Notes under the pieces: generated by a model
The model's input: the letters and a program-made list of their open reading frames with translations, nothing else
Told to the model about the DNA's origin: nothing
Databases searched by the model: none
Made by a program: the position numbers and the translations under genes
IMG/VR virus record: IMGVR_UViG_3300046170_000505
Strand: one strand, 5' to 3'
Origin: a virus
Length of the DNA stretch: 64,000 bases
Shown here: one piece after another, positions 12,001 through 19,939 of the stretch
Position numbering within the stretch: position 1 is the stretch's first letter
Layout: each line of letters opens with the position of its first letter

Positions 12001-12370
12001 TGGATTCAGGAAAAGCGCAACTGGATATTATGACGGCGGAATTGTTGGTACTGGCAGCCAAGCCAGCTTTCCTTCGAACCAATCAAGCCCAGAAAGCCCA
12101 AAAGGAAATCAGCCAGTAAACAGAATACAGCCTTTAATAGAAGCTGCAAAATCATCAGAAACAGAAAAAACAAGCGCAGCTCAAAACAACGAAATAACCA
12201 ACAACATTAGCGTTAATGTAACCATTGATAGCTCTGGCAAAGAAAGTGTGGAAGCTCAAACCCCAGAAGGATCCTACCAACAAGAACAAGAACTTGCAAT
12301 GAAAATAAAGACGAGAGTTCTAGAGGTTATAAGAGAGGAGAAAAGACTAGGCGGAGAACTCGATAGATGA
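2..12370 (+). CDS. Giant tape-measure-like protein (5'-truncated) with an N-proximal array of effector-like modules
   Basis: Frame is open from base 2 (GFEHAISDF...) into the 4037-aa ORF. Long K/E/Q/L-rich helical region (~5.7-10.7 kb), Gly/Ala-rich amphipathic stretch (~6.2-6.6 kb), C-terminal FAKGGLVEGPAGIDNVPAMLTAGEYVV motif typical of tape measure proteins, and position directly upstream of lambda M/L/K/I/J-like genes. Confidence 0.85.
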   Translation, partial: GFEHAISDFKRRKRGLAGSPLDFIDVPGEAKFGPTAYKNTLDEHLTGKFLRHLIGTDSISWPPRAGYGSLGRLEYFHTESFGAPTMKHIEQRNKQAHNIKANLGLIPNFADYRTREQKITDYLNDPANDKVKFKRPKMPANITPTQISMAMNVPVGGNVTKEYSDNEIKKAISETIQKRKDLQLEGFENLKNVDIDSVLKKYKESTKDGDFYGDKDLSYSSGLVPNFVDKVQNGAIYYSKPHNKIVRVTRVDNDKKIARIKHHDMEKYKDEEVFFKDLEAVSAEQAKEYFQKKSSGLVPNFAQQAGNTLLMEPSKFFTYANSSDVAKALGKGVNYREIQDKMDSQEPVSIKASLLDIITSSDKNKTKPTGKEALHGTFNSLASKGISYIERDFIFRQLKRRGARQKKGESDPDFNERKVTAQLNAEQDIRETAGSTYTKYLSTYNPETKKGDPSYPIDHIAEGLEFSSGETKSGEFIAANLISKSLRMASDRELTSWLESQGVKDKGLDEKNLKRAQNLASQLGIKGTKKDESEEPTFDQIDADAWGMNKGLVPNFADLSKSERLKMMKSTLSFQDEYEDLAKMGSPLAKWALKTVKDKEFKMIGNGMESWAIGNEEVVYKLPRPMIDSFSKTGDLELKRWRKQMKVMAQPSLQYKVSPENKAWNLVPNSNIAKRAERIRSQLDELGINSLFLPKTEVLKVAGQDEFITSQERVKGSTFFNLQNEIVKNKNNKTDFNLDGYKIVEHLMENIGESTMITDVHSGNFIAEASKKKQLLNTVNQFAPVGSKESKPLSRLGLRSLPNDSMAAIDFSSGLIPNFADLYKPYMNKGGKAIGMENYFYSSNNQEDALNYIKSNKNLNIKTGSSELRKFNFPPRVWEMLTSNNPQDIEPQMNVLPIGTRTPIGKGDPYRDTSLGKGMSEQEDFYAIALKNTLGIRPPFFEKTDSWRNGETYSTLMTNSSQFREMYNLNRLDGKNVIPNFVKYDKSRGGSGAWGAIPNNREGKYGGFIPNYKKLYQAYIGDDKNYRANRTSSAWYFDSQKGTDGILDDWRGVVSSGAVSKGIGHLYAREYSLSDSNLKEMTSGVYSSGNLRKLRVMSRAFEANNEMPDQNDEEWEDDLVNNSGNGFDDASDEMEGRLGAYSRLRKTQNQNRLWKNSMAGTINNPLPLATYKTNEMFGPGYIIPDLGALDIYQDGFTTEDDKKIRSIFSPNLNRDNHLIERKISEKHLDNKGFSEMLSDVAKDPEKAMNASRRMGIEGIKEHVDNQSKGLVPNFAFDPNSFEKNKRARNVHEQMFGTLDSRTKDIQNRNQLNREKALRGEDPKLFDRHYPDPILGQARNKIINAPTGGGEKNVAQAIRSSKRIEKSKKEELIKQIGSQRLKDLDEKYLNKSNKNSHTSRLQRFVKQRKDLESAIQSENFEKAREIKNADFIQNEKIYNEYANYLGETRYLDSDVSTAKRAQERFGKNPHSDSMNDPNTLGYYPGITKSYGVPGEKSISYNPYQTDYPKKGPRSFRNSGLIPNFSKVSRTIKSQEDRVKGKGEFIGGGVSERDKDIAFNMFDHFISKISGLSSSFGLNERRMSLTGTAEDRNLIETFKTSGKSEKDLIQIAGSQRKLRNILDGYMLGHFETLLLAKGKFKQAEDPLMQGDLSKGLVPNFAGMDLYRGVIRDKGAKYNKKDVFELTPKRQKQFASSSITSIEDLKQYLLGHTDNQNASSLVSTSTQKSVAMEFATSKDSSKQGLVSKENMSFRRMYNPRKVEKLLNFMMDRKGWSEAKSVQWFLENAKNKDIGFHIKRWMDEGSKLKKQNEFEDEVALLGKQAFTDRDNLAPFSKGLTPNFANPLSDALQREKSAGVPSSRIRVEKSSQLKSPMNPMGLAVTNTRDEPGGLAQGIRRAKKQGIDPKRHGIDVPNFATPVSKDQFDKILNDIVSKAESSFKDIEKTLDDIELGDLAKDLKKKFDDSIEEAKKTKDTKKVLDIKDEAETIKQKGIDKFTKNPKQILGSNSQHSIGATKDNADKKMAQLEEATKKLTSSIEEADIEVQQNTKSQGDNLVKLFALQSIISTTNGFLQEFAESTNTVTRTFAKLGTVASDTVASFVQIQMLGDELANFFESIGKKQKEDEEGGSGGIIEGVAGGAAAGGAARGSMFAGIRNMAARGAQAMQRFIKPVAAVVAGFKLADGVFKNFISDDKMGIYMSVMGSASEKAAHRLELMSKSIEATTAAIENLKKQEENKQKIVELEIKGSGRTIKEDQELLDLRVKSYDVEIAVARSMAELQKEANEGGFAMRMFSEATKKAGKSTLDKAGLESMLQQMKVFQAVVSTNEAFANTTDSIDNNDKLNDAGKSRGYSLAMLTRSLMDESQASKNEDLFKRLSQAGGEPDGMLDSMNFGLKEGVSQEDFRNVFKTLHDGLEESESFNPFEPMDEDEAFRQAMKSFIDGFKKNDVSESLRNLIQSNSEGIKELARRVVIEKHVSKMKIAAAKHENSLNKIINKQTSQRSKFLDEQNLIAKSKLLAEKQSLALEDIQNTEKLSTTNAREKLNQALLEQANKLLVTNNLAEMDVGSMKTALENLKTDLNLAGKRVIESAKTFEKINKGLNPENKITASKKDKETASRIIEQTKKQVEEQLKNVDKNPKSTVELQKILTDLYSRLAEEGDENVTALVLASTNILKLREEQIKKIRESKLTEQQEIDAAKKAEAIARKELSLQMESENLTAKTLEGNKTLYKILKDRITDSKTLAKEIQESTMFDMQINNAKLEEYNLRKEIINDLTAQAVEVKIGKNTTELMENQPKVGLLKADVLSLDPSLKLDGKLLELRETNVKILTDKVASEYFSLLKSNKENDIQQGLIDVLGLRKRTAEEKFKEEISSLRTQIQEKAERINILQNEKERKKIGELLLQNEIADTKIAELTSQAKLEVLRNEKIRLALVESQVKSELIELGSQRLIEETKFQVAANNGKLLETVQEELKLETSMLEKDAYLAGLKSEQAQLLEGINERQKKAQELLDFSNKIDEARLAANRASIDQRALSGMVGADMQINRFNQRYDARAAATQAINPNATAEDMLAFTEKLKEFNKTTNNGTEAIDALRIKMAEMQVSASNLKSDLVNTGIENLRTNMVQMFKDIGSGAKSVGDAYRDLGLGLAEAILDRMMQHNVDKIISNLTYAFTGVDPEKEANKFLLENNNAVSANTLALEKLRGQLMEGVKPDKSSETPATMEEVRKAIEEANKSLLEGIAPKGSDLEKHITNLKGEINNFSNAGGDFIESLSGAFEKIRQKLEEIKSEVDAEKIKEQQGPITNHSVAENQVNVSTQDALAKNGGREGAGPHTLERTIALKKENQKKLDEDLEAAFEKRDQLIKTAQNFTSEKPKDIMSIFDEKSRGYFDKAQGDLTFEQRIKKNDLEESIAKGDKLSPMEVLDKRNILDPTPLGAPYVLGDNNFDELEGKKKEVIDKITKAESEIEAMQNEISLMREKFIKTGSGSSPKPSNLTDEQKYELNKDIDKKDEELKKIKDKKITLEKEHLVLDNLQKNTIDEINGLNKKIADIAKRRILIEKQILAAQEKDLINIQNTAVTTTTTIGSPPVVDPTPTGQNFWGGKIQRFAKGGLVEGPAGIDNVPAMLTAGEYVVPKEEVQNFSGGGRATRFFKGATQLAVMTITADAVNKAMEDQSKKKGPPVFDMKKMNPLALGSDVSLKTGDPRMSGRALAKSQEMQEYKDYLLEKAAYEVDKKNAKFKKRMGYLQQAMGFISSFAVAEVTDVLREPLRKTVDFVTSPFVKTGKYIGNKASNFFNGDLGFGEYSDAYQAANRRGYDLDYNQIKNSFETGQPIEYTSNQGTKYATTRTLTPQDRRKIGPESGDSPFIGSTTYQPGNFLKVTKTRTFDDRPLVDPTRPDLNNMGSSYGRKTLKNNSGGKIPSMLTRGEGFIPSSTAKKIGYQNLESMNRTGSLPRIQGPSGIDKVGPVGLDEGDFIIRKSSTDKLMRDNPNTMRFAMQNPDGFRKSATGYYDGGIVGTGSQASFPSNQSSPESPKGNQPVNRIQPLIEAAKSSETEKTSAAQNNEITNNISVNVTIDSSGKESVEAQTPEGSYQQEQELAMKIKTRVLEVIREEKRLGGELDR
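311..5743 (+). repeat. Dispersed in-frame peptide repeat G(L/F)(V/I/T)PNF(A) separating modules
   Basis: Copies at 311 GLIPNFA, 665 GLVPNFV, 887 GLVPNFA, 1652 GLVPNFA, 2441 GLIPNFA, 3806 GLVPNFA, 4553 GLIPNFS, 4958 GLVPNFA, 5501 GLTPNFA. Degenerate copies at 2927 NVIPNFV, 2984 GAIPNN, 3020 GFIPNY, 5720 GIDVPNFA. Codons vary synonymously. Confidence 0.95.
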
Positions 12371-13443
12371 GACAAGCGGTATTAGGTTATGAGCAACAAT
12401 TTTATCTCAACGGAACTCAAATTTCAGGAGTACAGAGCGTTGAGGGATCATATTCTATATCCGAACAACCAATCAATGTCCTAGGTTGGGGCCATGTAAA
12501 TAAAGCTTTTTACGAACAAGCTGAATATTTTCAAATTAATGAACAGGGTTTACTTATAGACTCAAACGGCTTTAAGCTTTTGCAAGAAAAAATATGCACT
12601 AGAGAAAGAAGCGAAAAACTGCCTGAAAGTTTAGCTGTCCTCAATGCCCCATTAGAGGGAAGCTTTAGCATAAACTCAATTTTAGTAAGCGAAGATTTTA
12701 TGTTGAATTTTACTGGTGATAATCCGTTTACTGGAAGCATACATCATGGAGAGAGTTACTTTGGTTTTCATAGTGGCTATATAACGAGCCACTCAGTTTC
12801 TTGCGGTATAGGCCAGCTACCCACAACAAGCACAAATATTAGAGTTCTTGGAGATATAGGTGGATCTCCAGATATAGTCGAAAACGAAGATTCTACCAAT
12901 CTTAAAAGCGAGGAAAACTTTTTATTTGTACAAGAAGATTCAGACAATCCAACCACCTATAATGCTTCTGGAGAATTACCTTTTCCTGAAATAAGGTTAG
13001 CGAACCAAGAATCTATACAAATTGAAATTGGAGGCTTACTTCCAGAACACAAAGGAGTAAGTTACCCAAACGAAACTGAAGACGATACAAGCGATTATGT
13101 TTTTGACAGGGTAACATCTTTCAATCATACAATAAATATAGGTATAGATCCTATATATACCGTTGGATCTACGGTGCCTGCGCAAGTAGATGTAGTTTGG
13201 CCGATAGAATCTAAAACTAATTTTACGGTGGAAGTCGATGAAAGAAAATACAAAAGCCTGAGAAAGTATTTAAAATCACCGACTCTTCATAATTTAGCCA
13301 TAAGAATAAAAGATTGCTTTGGTGAACCAATACAAAATTATACGGTAAAACTAGCTAGATTAACAAACGAATCAATGTCGGCATCAACAGATGGAAGATT
13401 AACTGCAAATTTAAGCTATACAGCTTATTATAATAAGAGATGA
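12367..13443 (+). CDS. Putative tail structural protein
   Basis: 358-aa beta-rich ORF overlapping the tape-measure stop (ATGA), within the tail operon. Confidence 0.55.
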   Translation: MRQAVLGYEQQFYLNGTQISGVQSVEGSYSISEQPINVLGWGHVNKAFYEQAEYFQINEQGLLIDSNGFKLLQEKICTRERSEKLPESLAVLNAPLEGSFSINSILVSEDFMLNFTGDNPFTGSIHHGESYFGFHSGYITSHSVSCGIGQLPTTSTNIRVLGDIGGSPDIVENEDSTNLKSEENFLFVQEDSDNPTTYNASGELPFPEIRLANQESIQIEIGGLLPEHKGVSYPNETEDDTSDYVFDRVTSFNHTINIGIDPIYTVGSTVPAQVDVVWPIESKTNFTVEVDERKYKSLRKYLKSPTLHNLAIRIKDCFGEPIQNYTVKLARLTNESMSASTDGRLTANLSYTAYYNKR

Positions 13444-14651
13444 GTTCTAGAAAAAATAAACCGTTCTATAGGTATGAAGATGTACCGCTTTTGCTCGCAC
13501 CTGAAGGTGAGGAGCCAATGATGGTTTTTGCAAACTCAGCAAGCATATCAGCAAATCAACCTATAGACGCAAGAAAATTTGTAGATGATTATAATATTTC
13601 ATTTGCTTTCCAGAAAGAAGATATTCATTTTACTGGAGCACATGAGTCAGGTTTTATTCTTGGTCCACCATCTGGCCCAGGAATGAAAATGTCAAATTCT
13701 ATTGAGGTAGTAAGAAGTGGGCAAAAAATAGCTTACCCAAACGGACAATCCCTTATACTTGCAGACGATCTAGAAGCTGGAGACTATCACATTAAAGTAA
13801 GATCTACTGGGGAAATGACTTTAGATATCCAGGAAGATGTGCCCTATGGAGAAGTAGAGGTTGTAAGAAATCATTCTGCCAGAGGCCCCGTTAGGGGAAG
13901 ACTCAACTTTAGCTATTATATGAATACTGGAAATCTTCATACGTTTGCAGATTTAACAGGATTACTTGACCCAAAAATTTACCCACAAATTAATGAGTCG
14001 AAAATGACAGGATGCTTGGGTGATTATGTTTTTAATGACATATATTTAACCGAAATGAGTTTTAGCGCGGCTCCATTTCAGCCTATTATGGCAGAAGCAA
14101 GTCTTGACGTATATGGAAAAATGGAATATATAGAAGGGCTTGCAGATAGCATTACTAGTAATTATGAATGTTTAAAAGAAAACCAAATCAGCGTACCTCA
14201 CGCCGCAAGAAGTGAAATATTAGGGACAAGCGATGTGGGCATTCAATACCCTTTAGCTTTTGATTATAGTATATCCTCAAACAGAACTCCAGAAATCCCT
14301 ATACCAATAAGTGGAAATTTTGATAATGATGGAGAGCTTCCAATAAGGGTTACTAAAAACGAAATAGACATTACAATCAACTTACAAGGAGAAAAGTTAG
14401 ATCCTTTTTTAAAAATTACAGGGCAAAGAGCTGACGTAACAATCAAACTTCATGATATAGGTTTCTCAAAAGAATTTACGGACAACAACCAAGGTAAACT
14501 AAAAGAATTCAGGTTACTTGGTAATCTGGTATTGCCAGACGAAGTGCCTGATGAATTAAAGCAATATGGAGTTGTAGATCAAGACGCACTCACTATATCG
14601 GAAGGCGGTTTTTTGAGAGGCAGAGCTACGGTTAGACAATCTTATAGATAA
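13440..14651 (+). CDS. Putative tail structural protein
   Basis: 403-aa beta-rich ORF, translationally coupled within the tail operon. Confidence 0.55.
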   Translation: MSSRKNKPFYRYEDVPLLLAPEGEEPMMVFANSASISANQPIDARKFVDDYNISFAFQKEDIHFTGAHESGFILGPPSGPGMKMSNSIEVVRSGQKIAYPNGQSLILADDLEAGDYHIKVRSTGEMTLDIQEDVPYGEVEVVRNHSARGPVRGRLNFSYYMNTGNLHTFADLTGLLDPKIYPQINESKMTGCLGDYVFNDIYLTEMSFSAAPFQPIMAEASLDVYGKMEYIEGLADSITSNYECLKENQISVPHAARSEILGTSDVGIQYPLAFDYSISSNRTPEIPIPISGNFDNDGELPIRVTKNEIDITINLQGEKLDPFLKITGQRADVTIKLHDIGFSKEFTDNNQGKLKEFRLLGNLVLPDEVPDELKQYGVVDQDALTISEGGFLRGRATVRQSYR

Positions 14652-17600
14652 TGGATATATCTGCAAAAAGCTGGGAGCTAGAAAAAAACTACCAAAAACA
14701 CGATATTGTAAAGGTAGATAATCTTTCTGTGCCCAATGATATAGAGAAATATTTAATAGCATCGCCAAGTGAAGATAGATTAATTAGCGACAAAGATTTT
14801 GATTGTTTTTCAGATAATGCAAAAATATCGGATGAAGAAGGCAACTTAATATCAATTGACCCAAACAGGGGTATGATTTTTAAAAAAACCATTATTTCTG
14901 GAAGCATTGAAGTCCCTTTTGGTTTTATATTTTCTATAGATACTTCTATACCCTATACTTTTAAAACTTATGTAAGAAAAAATACTGCTCTTTCTGACAC
15001 TATAGACCCCTATTTAACTCATATAGAAATGCTTAATGGGGTAATAAATAAATCTGACTCAGTAGGAGTTGGGATTGGAGTTAAATTCTTTGATATTCAA
15101 GAAAAAATCATTGAAGTAGAAAATTACAGGCCCTTGGTCAGACCGATGGCTTCTTCTGAACTTAGTGAATCAGAATACTATAACGTTCAGCTTGATGTAC
15201 ACCCCAAGCATATACCTGTTAACGCAGTCAAGGCTCAAGCTTATATATTTGTTTATGGCCATCAAGAAGGAGGTTTTGAATTCAGAGACATAAGGTCTTC
15301 TTCAGTTAATAAGTTTTTTTATTGCGTTAATAACCATACATCTAACACATCAAATTATCCAAGTGCGTCAAACAATTGGACTCAAAATTTTGTATGGAGG
15401 CCTTCTTATGGTTCTAGCGGTTCTTATAGGGCAAATAATGAATCAATGAAATTAGGAGAGGGGTATGATTATGTAAACAATCTAGCCATCAATTCCCTAC
15501 CGCTTGAATTAAACGTAAGATTCAACAACAGGACAGACAAAGAGGCAAAAGCTATAATACATTTTCTTCAAGAAAAACATTTTCCTTATGAATCTATATA
15601 CGCTTTAGATTATAAAGGTGAAAGACTTTTATCTACAGATGTTCAGGCTTTTAATTTTATATATAGTTTTCCCTACAGGACGGACCTTAAGTTCACATGC
15701 GTAGAGTTTAGCCATAGCATTGATTATAGAAATAATAATAATATAACCGCTAAATTTATATGTAATACAGAAAGCACCCTAAGAAGCGTGGAGAGTCACG
15801 CTGGTTACAATGTAAAAACCGACGCTGTACTACCTATAAGAGTAAATGAGGATATAGAACTTAAAAAAGGCGAAACAATAAAACTTGATTCATTCAGTAT
15901 GGATGAAGATCAAAAAGAAACGTTAAGCTCTTTAATAGAAATATATGTGTATCAAACTGATGAAAACAACAAACCTACTTCAGGGGTTTTATTTTTTAGG
16001 GATCCTCAAGAATTAGCTGTAGATGACTGCATATACATAGATGTAGAAGAACCCGAAGATTCTATTTTTTCTATAGGTTTTGCAAAAGTATTTAAAGTTA
16101 TAAACAATAAAACTTTTATATTTGGAAACGGAGAAGGGTTTGTCGTTGAATATTTCGAACAATCAATATTGACAGATTTAAGCATCAATGTTCAATTAGA
16201 TTCTTGCGAAACTTTAATAACGGAAGAAATTCCTAAATTGGTATTAAAATCTAAACTTCTTGATTCAGGAGATACATCCGATGTTGGAAACTATTTGGGG
16301 TTAACAACAAACCCAGAAGAAATACTAGAAGACGAAGAAGATAACGCATTTGTAGTTTTAGATAAAACAAAAGACGCTCCCGCATCTGTAAGTAAACTAA
16401 AGTTTTGCCCTCAAGATTGTTTGGCGGCTAACGCTTTATTTCCAGAGGGATGTGACGTAATAACAAAAGATTTTACCGACAAAGTAACTGGAGAAAAAAG
16501 AAAAAGAATAATACATTTAAGTAATTATGTACAATTAGAGCTGGAATCAGATATAGGCAAAGATTCGTATTCTTTTGAGGTTACACCTTTATCTAACTTT
16601 ACTTTAAAATCAGAAGAAAACTACAACGTAATTGTTCCAGCAATCTGCGGAAGAAGTAGTATTTACATAGAAGACCCAGAAAGAATAGCTAAATTTCCTT
16701 ATTATAAAGTTAGGAACTTTGAACACCGCCCAACCCTTTCTTTTAATTTATCACAAAAACCAACCCATACTCAATCAAAATTTTTAGAGTATTATAATAA
16801 AAGATATAAAAAATCAATCAATCAAAACATGTCCACATTTAATGTTGTGTTTGATATGAGAGATGATGATGAAGCTGTAGAAATTTTACAATTTTTAGAG
16901 AGTCATTTAGGTTATAAGAAATTTAGGTTTGCAATGCCTAGACCATACGGAGCAGATGCCAGTTCTTTAACAACGCCTGGAAGGCCTAATAATTCTGTAT
17001 TTTACTGCCCTGACTGGCAGCATGATATTGTATACAAAAACAATCATTTAATAAGTGCAACTTTTATAGAATCTACCACAAACATACAGGAAGATATTAG
17101 TAACATAGAAGAACCTTGTTTTGGGGTAACTTTGTTTGATAATATAAACAGGCACTCTCTTTGCACTTTTTCTTCTGTGGCTGTTGCTGGTCATCAAAGC
17201 GGATTAGAATTTAAAAATAATACTTTTATAGCAAAACCAAAAAATAAACAGATGGATTTAATTTTTGTTATTGACGGGAGCGCAGCGGTGTCTCAGCAAT
17301 TATTAAATATTGACGGTGTTGGGGAATTTTCAAAATATCAAATAATCATAGACTCATTGATAAAATCTGTTACTGGATATGATAGAAATAAATTCCCTTA
17401 CAGCGAAAACTATGGAGATAAATACGACACATCTGGTGAACCTCCTTGGTATAACCAAAGTTATACTGAAATATACGAAGAAACAAATTCTATAATCTTT
17501 GAAAACGATTTAAAGTCACTAGGTTATGATATAGAAAATTTCAAAAGATTTAATGTAAGAATAGAACAGAACAGAGTAAATATAGGAATTTGTATAGTAG

Positions 17601-19111
17601 GCCATAGCGCGATGGGAAATTTTCCTTTAGATGAAAATAGAATTTTAGATTTACCTAATTACCCAAAATCTTTTGACAAAAAATTTATCCAAGAAAGACT
17701 TCGAAACACTGTTCACAACAATGACAGGGGTAAAGAATATCTAAAAAATATATGCGACGCACTATCTCAATTATATAATTCAAATAGAGCATCTATAATA
17801 TCAGAAAGATATATTTTTTTAATTAGTGATTTTAACTTTAAAACAGTTGAATCTGAAGAAATAGACAAAATCAGATTAGCCTTAAGAGATGGAAATGAAT
17901 TGTCCAAGAGAAGGCCTCTTGATTCAGTTTTAGGAGACTTTGGAGAAGGTAGCCCAAGAGTAATGTTGAACGAATTTTCTTATGCTGCTTCAGAACAACA
18001 ATTCCCTGGAGGAGATGGAAAATTTTATTCCTATTTATATAATCCTGATTTTTCACCTGATGGTGATTTTGGAAACTTAGAAACATACGAAGATTATGAT
18101 TCATCATTGGCTAATCCAGATTGGTATGGAGATAACTTAAAGACAACTGTATTACCAGTTTCATTGGGAGTGTATAATCAAATAAATTCAAGGTTCTACG
18201 AATATGCTGAAGATTATAATCCTTCTATTAATTTAAAAGATATACAAATGTGCTATGAAATAAGCAATGGCGGATCTGGGAGTGAAGAAGCTTCTAGAGC
18301 CGTAAACTTTTTTGAAGTAATTGAATCTTTAACTTATGATACTGGCGCTCAAAATTTATTTTCAATAAATATTAAAAATTGCGGGCCAAATCCAATAAAA
18401 ATCAAAAATACAATAATAAACTTTTTCTCTGACGGAGGATTAACTGAATGGACTACAGAGATTATAAGACCAGGTATAACAAAAAATAATGATCTTGAAA
18501 ATTTTGAAATGACGTCAACTCTTTCCAGTCATGAAAATAACATATTAGGATATGGAGGTCAATATTTCGGTGATCCTATAAATGAAAAACTTTTAGCAAG
18601 TAAAAAATCCAATATTCTTTGGAAGAATTTTAATACTAAACATGAAGTTTGGAGAAACGGAAAACCTGAAATATTTGACAAAGGCTGGGATCCTTTAAAA
18701 GAAAATTTTCAAATACAAACCGAAGCTGGAGAAACTATAGTTTTAGACAGTGGAGAAAAATTGCTCACAGACCTTATAAGAGTAGAAGAAATAAGAACAG
18801 AAGGAGTAAATAATACTGGAGTAGCTTTTAAGAATTTTCCTGTTAGGGTTTTTACAAGTGATAAGGGGATAGATATTATAGATTATAATATTGGCAATGT
18901 TGATGAAGCTAATAGTTACCACGGTGATTACAATCATATACCAATTTTGCAAGATGGAGAATCTATAGATTTGTTTTTTGGAATTAGATTTAACTCTCAA
19001 TCAACAGAAACAGAAAAAATCGAACTAATATTTAACGCAGAAGATTTAAAAGATGAAAAGATGGACTGTTATGCTAGGTTTCCAATAAGCATGTCATCGG
19101 AGATATCTTAA
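14651..19111 (+). CDS. Minor tail protein with two lambda gpM-like domains and a vWA-like domain
   Basis: Two gpM-like segments (FNNRTDKEAKAIIHFL; FDMRDDDEAVEILQFLESHLGYKKFRF), a vWA/MIDAS-like DLIFVIDGS and IFLISD, and position between the tape measure and gpL-like genes. Confidence 0.65.
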   Translation: MDISAKSWELEKNYQKHDIVKVDNLSVPNDIEKYLIASPSEDRLISDKDFDCFSDNAKISDEEGNLISIDPNRGMIFKKTIISGSIEVPFGFIFSIDTSIPYTFKTYVRKNTALSDTIDPYLTHIEMLNGVINKSDSVGVGIGVKFFDIQEKIIEVENYRPLVRPMASSELSESEYYNVQLDVHPKHIPVNAVKAQAYIFVYGHQEGGFEFRDIRSSSVNKFFYCVNNHTSNTSNYPSASNNWTQNFVWRPSYGSSGSYRANNESMKLGEGYDYVNNLAINSLPLELNVRFNNRTDKEAKAIIHFLQEKHFPYESIYALDYKGERLLSTDVQAFNFIYSFPYRTDLKFTCVEFSHSIDYRNNNNITAKFICNTESTLRSVESHAGYNVKTDAVLPIRVNEDIELKKGETIKLDSFSMDEDQKETLSSLIEIYVYQTDENNKPTSGVLFFRDPQELAVDDCIYIDVEEPEDSIFSIGFAKVFKVINNKTFIFGNGEGFVVEYFEQSILTDLSINVQLDSCETLITEEIPKLVLKSKLLDSGDTSDVGNYLGLTTNPEEILEDEEDNAFVVLDKTKDAPASVSKLKFCPQDCLAANALFPEGCDVITKDFTDKVTGEKRKRIIHLSNYVQLELESDIGKDSYSFEVTPLSNFTLKSEENYNVIVPAICGRSSIYIEDPERIAKFPYYKVRNFEHRPTLSFNLSQKPTHTQSKFLEYYNKRYKKSINQNMSTFNVVFDMRDDDEAVEILQFLESHLGYKKFRFAMPRPYGADASSLTTPGRPNNSVFYCPDWQHDIVYKNNHLISATFIESTTNIQEDISNIEEPCFGVTLFDNINRHSLCTFSSVAVAGHQSGLEFKNNTFIAKPKNKQMDLIFVIDGSAAVSQQLLNIDGVGEFSKYQIIIDSLIKSVTGYDRNKFPYSENYGDKYDTSGEPPWYNQSYTEIYEETNSIIFENDLKSLGYDIENFKRFNVRIEQNRVNIGICIVGHSAMGNFPLDENRILDLPNYPKSFDKKFIQERLRNTVHNNDRGKEYLKNICDALSQLYNSNRASIISERYIFLISDFNFKTVESEEIDKIRLALRDGNELSKRRPLDSVLGDFGEGSPRVMLNEFSYAASEQQFPGGDGKFYSYLYNPDFSPDGDFGNLETYEDYDSSLANPDWYGDNLKTTVLPVSLGVYNQINSRFYEYAEDYNPSINLKDIQMCYEISNGGSGSEEASRAVNFFEVIESLTYDTGAQNLFSINIKNCGPNPIKIKNTIINFFSDGGLTEWTTEIIRPGITKNNDLENFEMTSTLSSHENNILGYGGQYFGDPINEKLLASKKSNILWKNFNTKHEVWRNGKPEIFDKGWDPLKENFQIQTEAGETIVLDSGEKLLTDLIRVEEIRTEGVNNTGVAFKNFPVRVFTSDKGIDIIDYNIGNVDEANSYHGDYNHIPILQDGESIDLFFGIRFNSQSTETEKIELIFNAEDLKDEKMDCYARFPISMSSEIS

Positions 19112-19126
19112 ACATTAAATTAAAAT

Positions 19127-19939
19127 ATGGAAACTGAATTTATAATAGAACCACAAAACCAAGACTTAGAAGAAAATAAAAAGTTAAAGGTTTCCTGGAA
19201 AGCTCCACCCGTCGCAGGGCCTGGTTGCAGGGTTTGTTTTAGTGGAGGATTAACTTCTTCGCCGCCTTTTGTATCTCCTTTTGGAGTTGTTATACCTTTT
19301 CAAACTCATGTAGGAGGGTATCACATAACAGATATTTTTGGTGGAAATAATTTTGATAGTGAGGATAGGAGCTTGGCGCAACTTGCCCCTAATGCAATGG
19401 CAACAACGTTTGATTCAATATTTGTGGATACAACTACTAGAGTAAAAGTATACAATGGTCAAAATATTGCATTTGACTCAATAGGACCGTTTATATTAAA
19501 CAATGCAAAATGGAGGGGCATGGGATATGCTAGATCATTTCCTACATGGGCAGGAGGAAATGGTCAATACGAAGATGAGGATGGAAAACCTATAGACAAC
19601 TTCTGGATGAGGTATGGGGTTAGGGATTCAGACCACTTTGATAAAATGGCTTTAGATTCTCAAAGTGACATGCACGGTTGGCCGAAGGGAAGAATATTCA
19701 TTCAGTGCAAACTGTCAAGGTTTAATAGGAATCAAGTTGGAGTACTTTCAGATATGCCTAATGATTATTGTTATAAATATAAAGATGGAACATGGGTGCC
19801 AACTCCTTGCTACGATAATGATGCCTTAATCCCAGGAAGCGAAACGCCAAATACGACAAAACAAATAGGCTTGGTAGAAGAAGGTGAAGAACAGCCTGAT
19901 TCAACTAATATAGTAAGATACGGAATTTCAAATAGATGA
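19127..19939 (+). CDS. Hypothetical tail-associated protein
   Basis: 270-aa ORF in the tail operon. Confidence 0.5.
   Translation: METEFIIEPQNQDLEENKKLKVSWKAPPVAGPGCRVCFSGGLTSSPPFVSPFGVVIPFQTHVGGYHITDIFGGNNFDSEDRSLAQLAPNAMATTFDSIFVDTTTRVKVYNGQNIAFDSIGPFILNNAKWRGMGYARSFPTWAGGNGQYEDEDGKPIDNFWMRYGVRDSDHFDKMALDSQSDMHGWPKGRIFIQCKLSRFNRNQVGVLSDMPNDYCYKYKDGTWVPTPCYDNDALIPGSETPNTTKQIGLVEEGEEQPDSTNIVRYGISNR

Noticed and set aside
364-12082. Many minus-strand ORFs opposite the giant gene (e.g. 10162-10905)
   Set aside because: They are Ser/Phe/Leu-rich antisense shadows of an A-rich coding strand and show no independent motifs.
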